Made by a program: the position numbers and the translations under genes. A DNA stretch of 63,694 bases, the filler included, from Globobulimina sp. (taxonomy: Eukaryota): assembly GCA_003354225.1 (NCBI GenBank). It is 38 parts of 38 records of this genome, joined end to end, with 100 filler letters (N's around TTAATTAATTAA, not from the genome) between each part and the next. Parts side by side here need not be neighbours in the genome. Positions count along the whole stretch, not along the records: positions 23,512 to 25,090 come from PIVH01014573.1; positions 25,191 to 26,769 come from PIVH01014574.1; positions 26,870 to 28,448 come from PIVH01014575.1; positions 28,549 to 30,127 come from PIVH01014576.1; positions 30,228 to 31,806 come from PIVH01014577.1; positions 31,907 to 33,485 come from PIVH01014578.1; positions 33,586 to 35,164 come from PIVH01014579.1; positions 35,265 to 36,843 come from PIVH01014580.1; 30 more parts are not named here. One strand, given 5' to 3'. The notes beneath the pieces are model-generated. The model had not been told where the DNA came from. It searched no databases and saw only the letters and a list, made by a program, of their open reading frames with translations. Below are positions 23,602 to 37,209 of the stretch, piece by piece (within the stretch, counting starts at the first letter, position 1; the number at the start of each line of letters is the position of its first letter).

Positions 23602-25085
23602 TCAGAAGACAATCATATTTTCATCGTCAGATTCAAATGGCTCATCGTCAGATTCAAGTTCAAGTGGCTCGTCGTCTTCAATTTTCATTTCAATTCCTTC
23701 TGCTTGAATTTCTGATAATAAATGTCCCAATTCCAAATCTTTACATTTATCTAAAATTATATCAATCTTATTTTGCTCTGCCACACTGACCAATTTCTTC
23801 ACCTTTTCTCTCAATACTAAATATTGATAATTTTGTTGCAATTCGGCTCTTTGTGGTGCAAATTTATTCGTTAATAAATTATTCCATATTTGTTGAATTT
23901 GTAAACAATGATTCATTGATGTTAATTGTACTGTTGGTGATACCCATAAAGTTCCTTTTGAGTTTTGTGTTAAACCGTAACATGGACCACTTGCGGCCAT
24001 GAATATAATTGGAGATCTTGTTTGATTCGCAAGTTCGTGTAACTATATTTTATTTTATCAGAGAATATTTGCGGAAATAAACAAAGACATACTCGCGGAA
24101 TTAGTTGATTGATTTCATTGTTATATTGTTTGATACGTTTATCTAAATCCTCAATAAACTCAGGTCTACCTACATAGCGACTTGCTTGTCTCCGTGGCAC
24201 AGCTTGATATAATATTCTTTGTCTTTCTTGCAATTTTGATAATGTTTCTAAACTATTTTTATTTTTATCTATTAAAGGTTTATAGTTCGAACCTGCAACA
24301 AAATCACATGAATCCAACTCCATTTGCAAATCATCCAAATCTAATTGCATTTGTTGATTAATTTGTGCTGAATCTTTGATTGTAGTCATCATTTCCGATC
24401 TTAATATCTTTTTAAATTTTATTTCATTTTGTTTTAATTTTTTGATTAGATATTCTTCATTTACAATTGTATTTGATTGCGTTTCTTGTTGTGTTTGTTG
24501 ATGTTGTTCTTGTTGTGTTTGTTGATGTTGTTCTTGTTGTGTTTGTTGTGTTTGTTGATGCTGTGTTTGTTGATGTTGTATTTGTTGCATTGGCTCAATG
24601 GTATTTGCATTTGTTGAGTTTCTTGGAACTGTCGGAGGCTCGACATGCAATACATTCATATTAATATTGAACGTTGAATGTAATGTATTTTTCATTCTCA
24701 ATACAGTCAATAATTTATTATTTTCATCATAAATAGGAATTCCATGTTTTTGCAATATTTGTTGTATCTCATTTTTTTTATATTTCCATGTAGCAATTGT
24801 AGTGTTTACATATTCAATCCATAGCTGTTTAAAGCATGCTCTCAATTCATTGATAATAAATGCTGCTTCCTGAAGTGTCGTTGGCTGTATCGCATAAAAT
24901 ATAACTTTTAAACTTAAATTACCAATGGATTTTAAATCAGTTTTGTTTGGATATTTGTTTAATAACTGACGCGTATAAAAACCATCGTTAGTTGCAACAT
25001 CACAAAGCGCTGAAACATGCAAATTTTCACCTGCATAATTATGAAATATTTTTCTATCATTTCCATTTATTGTTGTATCCTTCAA
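23602..25085 (-). CDS. Hypothetical protein with Q-rich repeats and a divergent MADS-like segment; intron 24043-24092
   Basis: A 50-nt GTATGT..ATAG intron fuses two listed ORFs in frame (LIPR|LHELANQT..MAASG). Confidence 0.6.
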
Positions 25086-25694
25086 TAATANNNNNNNNNN
25101 NNNNNNNNNNNNNNNNNNNNNNNNNNNNNNNNNNTTAATTAATTAANNNNNNNNNNNNNNNNNNNNNNNNNNNNNNNNNNNNNNNNNNNNTGTTTAAATA
25201 AACATATCTGTAATTCTGTATTGTGCTTAACACACATTGTACCATATTTATGTACTTAATACACAGACATTAACTGGAAAGGCAAATTGTGCATTGTGTG
25301 CGAGGATAGACGTAGTAGATATTAATGAGATATGTACTATCTGATGTATTCATTTTTTTATAGCATCAATCAAGTGTTAAATTAACTGTGTATTGATTTA
25401 TATAGCAATGGATACAAATACAATTGTAAATCATATGCAAACATGGAATAATTGGAATTGTGATGTACAATTAAGAATTTTTGCAAAGTTTATATTAACG
25501 TTTATGTTATTCGACCGCAAAATACTGTAATGAACAAATAAATGTATAATAATTTGGGTAAAGTTGCCAAAAATGCAAAACATATTTTTATTATTATTTC
25601 TGAAATGAAACATTTTGTTCGTGCAAAAATTATCGGACTTTCTCCTTAAAATAAGAGTTTTTTTTTGAAATTTTTTTTGAAAATTCCTGTTTAA

Positions 25695-26769
25695 ATGGCA
25701 CACCACGGCTCTCCACCAGTAAACGACAGTACACAATATAATAATAGATCAGCTTTGCGATCACCATACAATGAATCTAATCGACATAATTCTCAAACGA
25801 AACACGAACCAGACGATTTTCGAAGGAGAAACAATAACAATGATGATGCATCCAACAACCAATCGTATGATCACAGTTACAATCAAAGTACATCCATCCA
25901 TTGGGATAAAATAATGAGTCGTGGTCGTCCTTCTCATAATTCATTGAAAAAGCAAAATAAACATATATCAAATAACGAAACAAATCGACATAATAATAAC
26001 GGACTGAATGTTCAACCAAATGGGAATAATAAACATCACAGCAATTCAAATAATAATCATAACAATGAATTATATGAACCTAAAACGAATATGCAATTGC
26101 AAAGAAATCGATATAATAATCATCGACAGAATGCACATAACATTGGCAGTAATAACAATAATACGTCGTATGAATATCGCGAAGCACATAAAATGAATGA
26201 ATACAACAATCAAAGTAGCGATCATCATCATCATCATACTGCTTCTCCCCATACTCCCAATAATATTAATAATAAATCATATCAACATCCGAATCACAAT
26301 CAAAGTCCGTATAAAATTAACGACAGTGATCAACACAATCGACATAAAATTACTAGCAATCGTCATCATAATACATGCAATAAAAAAAATGAATATGAAC
26401 ATAAACTGAATGAAAACAATGACAGTGAAAATAATACACATACTGATCATTATCATAGTAACAGAAATAATAAGTATCATAATGACAATTCAACAAAAAA
26501 AAATGAATATTATGACAATGAAAATCAGCGTAACAATTATCATTCTGACAAATTTAAAAATTGTGCGTTATCTTTTGTAGATCAAATTTATTTAATATTC
26601 AAAGACGCACCATATCACTCATTATATCTCAATCAAATCCAAAAAACATTACTTGAAAAATATGGCACCACAAATATTGACCAAAATGATGTATTTCATG
26701 TTCGCTTTTTATACATGGATCCTATGGACAGAAAATTATTTAAAATGCGTTTAAGAGTGGATGATATTT
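25695..26769 (+). CDS. Asn/His-rich low-complexity protein with the start of a globular C-terminal domain
   Basis: Long ORF; N/H-rich to about aa 285, then ordered helical sequence. Confidence 0.55.
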
Positions 26770-26869
26770 NNNNNNNNNNNNNNNNNNNNNNNNNNNNNNN
26801 NNNNNNNNNNNNNTTAATTAATTAANNNNNNNNNNNNNNNNNNNNNNNNNNNNNNNNNNNNNNNNNNNN

Positions 26870-27805
26870 ATATTTAATTTTGCCATAGCTCATAATTTCT
26901 TGTTGTAGCAGTAATTCATTATTATCGGTTCGCATCCACTGCGATTGAGCAGCTGTTAAAGACAACAAATCTTTATAAAACTTCATGAAACCAAATGAGA
27001 ATTCTACAATATGAGCAATAATATCATCTGTCATCATATGACCAATAGTTTGCATAACCACATCGGAAATTAATTTAAATTGATTGTCAGAGTCACATTC
27101 GCGACATAACAGTGCTTCATTGTAAAATAGTTTACAGCAATTTGTGTGATAATATTTGTTACAAAAGGAGCATTTTGACGCTTCATATAAATGATAAATT
27201 ATATTACTGCAAATATGACAGTTTGGATGATCACAGCAAATATTTGATAAATCTTTATTGTTACAATTCGGTATAATACACTGTTTTAATCTGACACTGC
27301 ATTCAAAACAAAATATTCTAATTCTTGTTCCGTTTTCGTTCCATACGTACGGAGCTTCCGTATGACATATATTGCCAATATCTGGTTGACTGTAATATAT
27401 TTTGTTATTATCGCAATCCACACAATGTTGATATTGAAAGAGTGAAAAGAAATTAATTTCATTTTTACATCGCGATACATCATCATCACTACCAAAGCCA
27501 CAGCATTTAACAATAAATCCCACCGAATATTGAGCGATTAAACGAGTGACATTAATATCAAATAAGTTACACAGTGCATTATCAATAATTTTCATGATCT
27601 CATTATGCTCAAAATCAAAAATGCATTGTTTGCATTGATAGTTTGCAGTAAGTGTATCAATGTCAATGGACACTAAAACCAATAAACAATCTTTACAACA
27701 TAATTTCGAGCATACTTGGCAAATATCTACACGCGATGTACAAACATTTTGTTGATGATTTTCACCTGTAAATAAATAGTCATGTATTGGGGAGTAGAGT
27801 GCCAT
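26870..27805 (-). CDS. Cys-rich repeat protein, 3' truncated
   Basis: Duplicated CxxC..CC..CxxC plus I..LIAQYS.G module. Confidence 0.55.
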
Positions 27806-27854
27806 TCTGCAAAGTAGACTAAGTAGAGTTCAAACTTTTACTCAACTCAAAATA

Positions 27855-28448
27855 ATGTCTGCTAAAGAATTAAAAAACAAACCAATTGATATTGTATTAG
27901 ATGGCTGGGTTCAAAAGAAAAGCAGACAGCTGAATCGATGGAGACGAAAATGGATAGTTCTCTCCACTCACTGTCTATATACATATAAGAATCAGGAGGT
28001 TGCTTTAATTTAATTTTATGGTTCACTATTCTGATAGCAATATATATATATAATACACATTAACTGACAGATTGATAAGAATGCATCGGAGATACTCAGT
28101 TTATCGGATATAACATCAGTTAAAATTAACAAAAAACAGAACTCGTTTATGCTCATTGACATCAACAACGCAACCTATCAATTCCAATGCGATCATCAAT
28201 TACAAACAAGACAATGGATGAATGCCATCGATGCATATATAAATTGTATAAAAATACCAATACACATAGACTGCAAACGCAATGTAGATTATTGCTGCAA
28301 TTTTGCATTGCCAATACCATATAAAATAGAATACAAATATACATTAAAGAGTATAATTCCACGGATTATACAGCACCTACAAAGAAAATACCCCCCCATA
28401 CATTTAGAAGACATAAACATCATCTCCGCTTCCTTTATTTCAAAAGAA
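27855..28448 (+). CDS. PH-domain protein; intron 27999-28070; 3' truncated
   Basis: LDGWVQKKSRQLNRWRRKWIVL..LYTYK|..YQFQC..QWMNAI. Confidence 0.85.
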
Positions 28449-29085
28449 NNNNNNNNNNNNNNNNNNNNNNNNNNNNNNNNNNNNNNNNNNNNTTAATTAA
28501 TTAANNNNNNNNNNNNNNNNNNNNNNNNNNNNNNNNNNNNNNNNNNNNTGTATTAGCAAAAAATATTGATTTAGATCGGATTAAACGGGCTGTAATGATG
28601 AATGTGAATAGGTTTGAGCCGAAATTAAGTGATAATGATCTGAAAAAATTTAGGTTTACAACGACTGCGATTATGACAAAGGATGGTAAGTTGTGTGAGG
28701 ATATTGTTGTGGTTAAGATTATTGTGCCGGGACCATTTAAGAATGAGAATAATGATATAATTACATATTGCACTGCGAATGGGGATAAATTCCAAAAAAA
28801 GTTAAATTACATCATGAAAGTTGTGAACTTCTGATGTAATTTGTTTTCTTTGTTTTTTTGAAATTTGATTTAATTTTATATATAATTATTCATAATTATT
28901 ATGATTATGCGTATATTTTCTTTCTTTTCTTTGTCTACATAAAGTATTTGATTTCATGCATTTGATTTTGTTGTGTGTGCGTGTGTACATTGACAATCCA
29001 TACAGCTGTCATTTGTTCGGACTTTTTAATCCTGTGTGGAGACAAAGATTGATTAAGCTGGTTTTCACTTTAATTTGTTCTAACT

Positions 29086-30127
29086 ATGGTAGTCATTCAC
29101 GACAATGCGAAATTGATATGGATCATTGTTCAACAGATTTGCAATTTTGCCATTGGCATTCCAACAATCATATATTTTTTTTATAAATTTTCGCAATTAC
29201 GCGATTCTATCATGATACAAAAACGATATCCTAAAATATTGAGAATTCAGGGCATTTTCATTTTGTTATTCCTCACTTTAAACTATCCGATAATGTCAAT
29301 AGATTGGTGTTATTTTGATCAATTTGCAACAAAGACACAACTATTAATTTCTCGCGTTAATTGTACATTATATTCATTCTTAGCAATTGGTATTTATTTA
29401 GCTGCAGCGTGGAGATTCTGGCACATTTATTTTGATTTAAAATATTCATCGTCTCAAGAAAACAGTGAATGGAAATTTCATTTGGATCCGTCTTTAGTTG
29501 AACATAATTTTTGGCTCACACACAAAAAAGATTATGGATCGCAACAATATACACAGAAAATAGTGGTTGCGTATTATTTGTTTAATGTTGCGGTCATAGT
29601 GACAGTTAATCAATTTTTGCTCGAAAGTCATATAATGATCGCCCACATTCATACTACATTTTGGAATGGGATTGCTGCCGCTATTCCTTTTATTTTTTAT
29701 TTCATTACACCTCAATATCGCGATCACTTTTTCTTTGGCGAAGAAATTAAAATCGTGTCCTATACAGCTGCAGCACTCAATACCTTAGTTTTTGTTTCCT
29801 TTCTGATTGGCATCTATTCGATGGATGTGATATTAGTGGTGGTTCCCGCATGCGGTGCACTGTCATTTTATACGATGGTGGTTGTCTGTTTTGTTTTTAT
29901 TCCCAACAAAATTCGTTCTGAAGAAATGATACGTTTGATGCTGCTGTCGAGTGATAACACGAATATCAGCACGTCGCAGTTAGCGCCCATTGTGCGTAGA
30001 ATCAGATTGTCAGCAAACCAACGCCAACCAGATACCAGTACATTATCTCAAATATTATCAAATGAAACAAGTTTCGAGATGTTTATGCAACATTTAGCCA
30101 AGGAATTTAGTACTGAGTGTTTATTAT
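29086..30127 (+). CDS. 7TM-RGS protein (membrane regulator of G-protein signalling), 3' truncated
   Basis: Seven hydrophobic helices, then the RGS start LSQILSNETSFEMFMQHLAKEFSTECLL. Confidence 0.8.
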
Positions 30128-30227
30128 NNNNNNNNNNNNNNNNNNNNNNNNNNNNNNNNNNNNNNNNNNNNTTAATTAATTAANNNNNNNNNNNNNNNNN
30201 NNNNNNNNNNNNNNNNNNNNNNNNNNN

Positions 30228-31806
30228 ATCATTCGAGTTGGAGTAGGATCTCAGAAAATTCGCTCACAAGCATTTTCGACAGCCTGTCAAACTGAAAAAT
30301 TTGAAGTAGCTACACTAGTTATGGACCCAAAGAGAGAAGCAACTTCCGGTCTTACGACCGCACCACCAACGAAACAACCTAGAAAAGCTTTGGTGGCCCA
30401 TTTCAAACTCAGGAGACAAGTGGTTATTCAACCTGAAACGTCGAAACGTGTCCGAGTTCAATTCGATCAACCTATACCTAAAGGTAAAGATTTACTTTTT
30501 GATCCAAGTCCTCTTTTAGCTGACGAAGACCTCGCCTCACCCGCATCGTTAGTGCGTGTTCATCGAAAGGGGGAAAGCATGATCATGTTAGAAAATCCAT
30601 CAAACTTACCAGTATTACTACTGAAGGGAACTGAAGTTGGAACCGCTGAACCCTATCAAACAGTACTAATTCCTACGGAAGAGGAAATGGAGAAAGATGA
30701 AGGAGCCCCCGTCAATCAAACCACTCAAACGGAGGATCTGACTGATCAAACTAAAGAAACATTGAAAAACAATGTAGACATATTATTGACCGGAACTCAA
30801 AAACACTATACGGCGGAAAGTCGAATATTGAAAATTCGGAATATGGCTGTTACCGGCCAATGGACAGAAACCACTGCCAAGAAACTTCTCCAAACGGCTT
30901 TTGCTGCTGAAGCTGCTGAAAATGCTTATAACAAGACCAGAACCATTTTGGAAGAAGTATTAAAACCCTTAACACAAGAGGAAAGATTGGCCAAACTTCA
31001 AGAACAAACCGACCATCAAGCTTTACAGTGCCTTCAAAAGACAACTGAATTAAAGGGAAGGTTATATCGATGGGCAATGCAAATACAAGAAATCAATCCA
31101 TTGATTGTCTACCGACCCGGACGGCAAAATGAACCAGCCGATACTTTGTCCCGAGTCGATCAAGATTATGATGAACCAAAGGAAGGTGAAATACTAGGTG
31201 TGTCAATGACTCCAATCGAACATGCCAGACCATATTCTGAACTCATTAAAACAGTACCTACAGGAGGAGAAAAAGCGATTTTGGCAAGCAGACAAGTCAC
31301 CCCTAATGATCGTCCGCTAAACCGTCAAAGACAATTAGTACAATATCGAATCCGATCGGTACTTAAATGGAGTGATGGAAATTACGAAGAAATTCGAACC
31401 CCAAAAACACAACCAGAAATTGAAAGTACCGTGCTTTTGCAAGCCCAACAAGAAGCCCAAAGAAATTACCGTCAGATGCGAAAAACTCGTCAAACGCCTT
31501 ACGGCGCCATTGAAACAATTCGCGACGAAGAAACTGAAACCGAAGAAGAGAGAAAACCACTTCGAGTTTATCAAACGGCCAAAAATGAACAACGACAAGA
31601 TAAAGAATTAGCCCAAATTATGGATTTTCTAAAAGACAACAAATTGCCTTCAAGTCAAGAAGAAGCGTCCAAAATAGTCAGCCAAAGCGATCAATATTTG
31701 CTGTACAACAAAGTGTTATATTATGACCGCAATGAACAATCGGAATACTCTCACCAAAACTTTACAATCCAGCCAATGAGAGTCATCATACCTAAACATC
31801 TTCAAC
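30228..31806 (+). mobile_element. Ty3/Gypsy LTR retrotransposon pol fragment lacking the RT core
   Basis: TDHQAL..GRLYRWAMQIQE..IVYRPGRQNEPADTLSR (RNase H end) and QRQDKEL..YLLYNKVLY..RVIIPKHL (pre-integrase); no YxDD. Confidence 0.8.
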
Positions 31807-32291
31807 NNNNNNNNNNNNNNNNNNNNNNNNNNNNNNNNNNNNNNNNNNNNTTAATTAATTAANNNNNNNNNNNNNNNNNNNNNNNNNNNNNNNNNNNNNN
31901 NNNNNNTTGTTTCATTTTGCAACAAAAGTAACCAAAAATAAAATGATATATATTTAACTCTTATTAACTGCAACGTATTATTTTCTTTCTATTTACAATT
32001 AAAATTTATCACAAAATTAAATGACTGGCCATTTGCCAAACAATCCGGCTTTAAATGTGTCCTTTGAATAATGAATCTATCAACATATACATTGTTACCA
32101 ATATAATTACAATTGCCACAACAACTGTTATCTTAAAATATTTTGATTTTTTGTTGAATAATGATGAGTTTTGATTGTCGACACCATCTATCATTAATGG
32201 TGACAAGTCACTCGTTGCGAGTCCTTGTTTCAGCGCCATTTGATTTTGCTTCCTTAAAAATGTTAATTTATCCAAAACCTTTTTCAAAGTG

Positions 32292-33485
32292 ATGTTGTCA
32301 CGCCCACTAGCCAGAGGTTCCAAAATCAATCGCAAAATCCACAATATATACAAATCGCATTCCCGCTTTTTACAACCCAAGCGATTTAAACCAATGGTGA
32401 ATCAAATCTATGAACCCGAAAACAAGCCATTACCAACACTGCAAACAATACCCAATGAATCCACCTTATCATACAGTGACGTGCATAAACTACATTACTG
32501 GGAAGATGGCCTCGTCCATGACTCGCTGCAAAGACATTGTTTAATGGCCTGGGGCGCCACCGATGCGATGTTAGCAAACGCAACGAAAGTGATCTCCTCC
32601 AGCGATGGCATGTATTTATTCGATTCGAATGGTAAAAAATATATTGATTTCTCATCGCAAGCAGTATGCACAAACTTGGGACACACCATGCCATTATCCG
32701 TCAAACAAGCAATCGACGCCCAGATAGAAGCAGTGCCATTCCTTTACGGCGGATTAGCGATCAGCGAAATCCGTGCACGTTTATGCAACTTATTGGCGGA
32801 GATATGCCCCGGAGATATCAATGCATTCCTATTTCCATCCTCTGGCTCTGAAGCAAACGAAGCCGCCATCAGAATGGCGCGAAAATATACGGGAAAGAAA
32901 AAAATAATGAGTCGCTATCGCAGTTATCACGGCGGCACATTAGGCTCATTAGCAATGACTGGCGATTGCCGCAGATTTGATGTTGAAAAAGATGTGTCTG
33001 GCTTTATCAAAATATTCGACCCATATCCAATGTATTTCAAATGGACCGACGACAACTTGAATGAAGACGAGATTGCGGAGAAAGCATTGCAAGCCTTGCA
33101 TGAACAAATTTTGTTGGAAAATCCAAAGGATATCGCTGCTATATTTATTGAAGGGATAACGGGAACAAATGGATGGTTAAAAGCGCCGGTCAAATATGTA
33201 CAGGGTCTGAGAGCATTGTGCGATGAGTATGACATATTGCTGATTTGTGACGAAGTGATGGCTGGCTTTGGTAGAACAGGCAAAATGTTTAGTTTTGAGC
33301 ATTTCGAAGGGGTGAAACCGGATATTATTACATTTGCAAAAGGCTTGACAGGTAATGTTAATTCAAATAACTGTTTCTGTGCTTTTTGTTATTTGTATAT
33401 CTGTGTTGCTGTGTAATTACAACAGGTTCCTTTGTGCCATTATCCGGCGTTGGTGTTAGTGACAAAATAATGGACTATTTCCGCA
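32292..33485 (+). CDS. Class III PLP aminotransferase with presequence-like N-terminus; intron 33352-33425
   Basis: GKKYIDFSS, SGSEANE, SYHGGT, LICDEVMAGFGRTG, PDIITFAKGLTG|SFVPLSG. Confidence 0.92.
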
Positions 33486-33585
33486 NNNNNNNNNNNNNNN
33501 NNNNNNNNNNNNNNNNNNNNNNNNNNNNNTTAATTAATTAANNNNNNNNNNNNNNNNNNNNNNNNNNNNNNNNNNNNNNNNNNNN

Positions 33586-35164
33586 TACCACATCAAATAA
33601 ATCACCTCTTTGTGTTATTGGCGAAACAATCATAATATCACCAAACATATATTGTTGTCTAATCACCTCATTTATGACTGGAAAAGCATTCATTTGCAAT
33701 GGATAATCAATGTACATTGACCGTACCAGCAATATTCCTCTTTTATAAGCTGTATATGTCGCATTGTAAATATATGGCAGTAACTCTGCCCTTTCTTGAA
33801 TAGCTTTACGTTCAATTTCAAAATACTTATATGGATGAGTCCAAATATCCGGTGATGCACACTCCGCTGCTAATGCACATTCGCCTGTTCCTGTTCCTTT
33901 GTCGTGGATCCTAAAAACAGGCGAATATGCACCAAATTGTATCCATCGAGTATTCAAATCATAGCCCTGCGCTTTATGTCCACCAACAATATCATGCGAC
34001 CATGTAAATAATACATTGGCTGCGGTTGGAGTAAAATATGATAAATATTTTAAAGAATCCCAATCATGAATCTGATCACCACTAAAACCAACAGCCAACT
34101 ATAAATAAAATGCGGCCAAAAATCACTTTGACTCGTAAGCCAGATCCTTCAGATCCCTTCAGATCCCTTGATGTTTGAAAAAAGATGCTAGTTCCTTACT
34201 AAAAAAAAGATGCAAGATCCCTCACTCAATGCAGATCCGTAAGCCTTACGCATGTTATTTATAGTTGCCAACAGCTATTAAATACAAATAATAAAATGAT
34301 AAAATGTCAAAAATAAAATATAAACATACGATATCTGTGGCTGCCGTAACCACCGCATCTGCCTAACACCATATTTCTAACATTCCTATTTAACCTCAAA
34401 TTATTTGTTCCACGAACATAGGATAAAATATAAGTTGGTGTTATCTTATCATTTAAGTAAATTCCGTTCATTCCTTGTTGCCTTCGATTTTCATCAATGC
34501 AAATAAAACAAAAACAAAACTGATTTAAAAACGCAATATAATATATCTACAAACCAATCAATCCAAAAAACATCAAAACCACAGCCATCACATGTCGGCC
34601 TGTTCGAGATTGGTTCCATTATATAATCCTGCAAAGCCATCATATAATTATAATCCGATATGTTTGCAGCAATATTCCCACCACTTGTTACATTCAAAGC
34701 ATGTGCAGCTTGTTTGTAATACAGTTCCAATGCTTGAATACCATTGGCATCATGAACATTTCCAGCCGTTGCTAGATTCCTCTGATGAAGCCATATCTGA
34801 GTAACATTTGGATTTGGAAATAATAAATTACTCCATGTATAATCACCCCATGGCGAATGGACAGTGTTTAAGTAATGCCAATCCATGTCAATTACTGCCA
34901 CACTCAAAGGAATCGACCGTGATTCATAATCATTGACCATTGATCTGAAGGAATAGTCACTGTAATGATACCACCGAGTATGCAAAGAACCCAATCCATA
35001 TCTTGGTACCATTGGTATTGTGCCAGCAATCAATGTGTAATCATACAACGCTTGCTTGAAATTAAGACCATGGCCAAAAAAGTATAAATCTTGCTTATTT
35101 TTATTTGGTTGCACAGAAAACCAATTCTTATTATTTATATCCATCATCGTTGTGTTTGTATCAT
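33586..35164 (-). CDS. Glycoside hydrolase family 31, internal fragment with two introns
   Basis: AVIDMDWH, GFDVFWIDW (nucleophile motif), HRY..GFSGD, WSHDIVG, RWIQFGAYSPVFRIH, QYMFGD. Confidence 0.88.
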
Positions 35165-35264
35165 NNNNNNNNNNNNNNNNNNNNNNNNNNNNNNNNNNNN
35201 NNNNNNNNTTAATTAATTAANNNNNNNNNNNNNNNNNNNNNNNNNNNNNNNNNNNNNNNNNNNN

Positions 35265-35919
35265 AACTCTTGTAATTGTCTCCTTATATCCGCATATTGA
35301 TCTATATTTTCATTCAATTCTTTCCCATCATCTTGCAATGAATCCACAGTGCCGGTTATGCCATTAACATCTTTTTTTAATTCTGCTGCTCTCGTTGTCA
35401 ATCCTTCAATCTCTGTCGCAAATTTCTCATTCTCTTTGCGACATTTAGCCATTTCTTTCTCTAAAGCGCCATATTTAAACACACCATATGCGCCCAACAT
35501 GGATGCACCGAATGTTATGCCTAATATCACTATCAACCATACAACTGATCGAGTATGAATTATATATTTATGTATAACTTACATATCGGTTAAAATATAT
35601 ACATACATCTCGGGGCAAATAAACCTAAAAAGCCAATGACAATCGCCCCACAGGTTGCCATTGATACAAATGTAAATACACCGATTATTATTTTAGATAA
35701 CTTATCTAAAAATATTATCGACCATCTTAATCCTGTATCATCGATACCTTCTAATACTTGATCAAGTTTGTCAAGTTCTTCTTTGGTATCAACATGGCCG
35801 TGTTTGGCTTCATATGTGTTATATTGTTTTGTCGCATTTGTTTTCGCTGTTTCATTGCCAGATCGTCCTGCTTCTGTTACTAACGCAGTTGTGACTTTGG
35901 AGGTTGCCCTGTTGGTCAA
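35265..35919 (-). CDS. Membrane protein with coiled coil, intron-containing, truncated
   Basis: Two same-strand ORFs with TM segments followed by a heptad-rich region. Confidence 0.45.
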
Positions 35920-36133
35920 TTTAGATGTTGAGGTACCTTAAAATCACCTTTCTTTAAAACTTTATCTTTTTAGCAACAACCACAAAACCATCCTTGTTTT
36001 ATTGCTGTTCATGGACTGAATTGCATTTAAACACGCTATCAAAGTTTAAATTTATACGAATTCACGCTTTACAGCCCACCAAAACACAAAGACAAACAAA
36101 AACAAGAGAGGGGAACATATATTTTCTAAAAAT

Positions 36134-36843
36134 ATGGAAGCATTTTGGTCAACAGATTATGGGCAAACCATATTAACCGCCGATCAGACAGAAATCGATC
36201 GTTTATTATCATCACCAGACTCAGCAACATTAGAAGATTTTTTTGACGAAGACGAGTTATTACAACAGTGCTCCAATAAGAACACTCTATTAATTAACTT
36301 CCTCTCCAAACAAGAAAACATCACCAAATTAGTGTCCTACATCACACGACCTTGGCAGGAACATATGACGCATATTCTAAATCACCTAAAACAGCAAAAC
36401 AACACTCAAAATAACCCAGACAAGTTAAACAATGATAATATAGCACCTTCGCCTTTGTCTAAGAATGGAATCCATCGCGTAAACTCCATTAAAGAAGAAG
36501 CAGTCCCAGATACAATGACGGTGACTGTGGAGGATGTAAATTCATCGGATGCGACTGTGACTGATCCGGATCCATCTACGCCTGAAGCAGTGGCGCAAAC
36601 ACTTATGAATTTAGAACAGGTATTTTACACTTTTTTTTGTTGCGATTTTGCGAGGCATTAATTATTTTATTATGTAATGCATAGAAAACTAATGTGGATG
36701 ATATGGATATTGAGGCAATAAAACCGGATAAATCTGATATATTTTCTCAAATTATAGATGATAATATACCTACAAATGATATGGATATGGATATCGATAT
36801 CGATATTGGTATAGAAGAGGATGATGAATTTAATGATGCAAAT
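36134..36843 (+). CDS. SAPS (SIT4/PP6 regulatory subunit) N-terminus
   Basis: IDRLL..TLEDFFDEDELLQQC..NTLLINFL..ENITKLVSYIT. Confidence 0.8.
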
Positions 36844-37209
36844 NNNNNNNNNNNNNNNNNNNNNNNNNNNNNNNNNNNNNNNNNNNNTTAATTAATTAAN
36901 NNNNNNNNNNNNNNNNNNNNNNNNNNNNNNNNNNNNNNNNNNNGTAAGCGACTTAATGTTCTTCAAGGACAGTTCAGGTATACCAATATCCGAACACTTT
37001 ATTGATTCGGGATTTAGGATCTTGCACTTTTGCAGTAATTCGTTGCTAGTAATTGATCTAATAATTCCAGTCATCAAATGTATGAAAGTATACTAATATC
37101 ATTGGACTTTTAGAACTTTAGACCATGGCACCTAACTAAAAAGCGCAACTTGTACAATAAACCAACACCGTACATCAACTAACAATCCACCCATCTAAAT
37201 CCTTCCACC

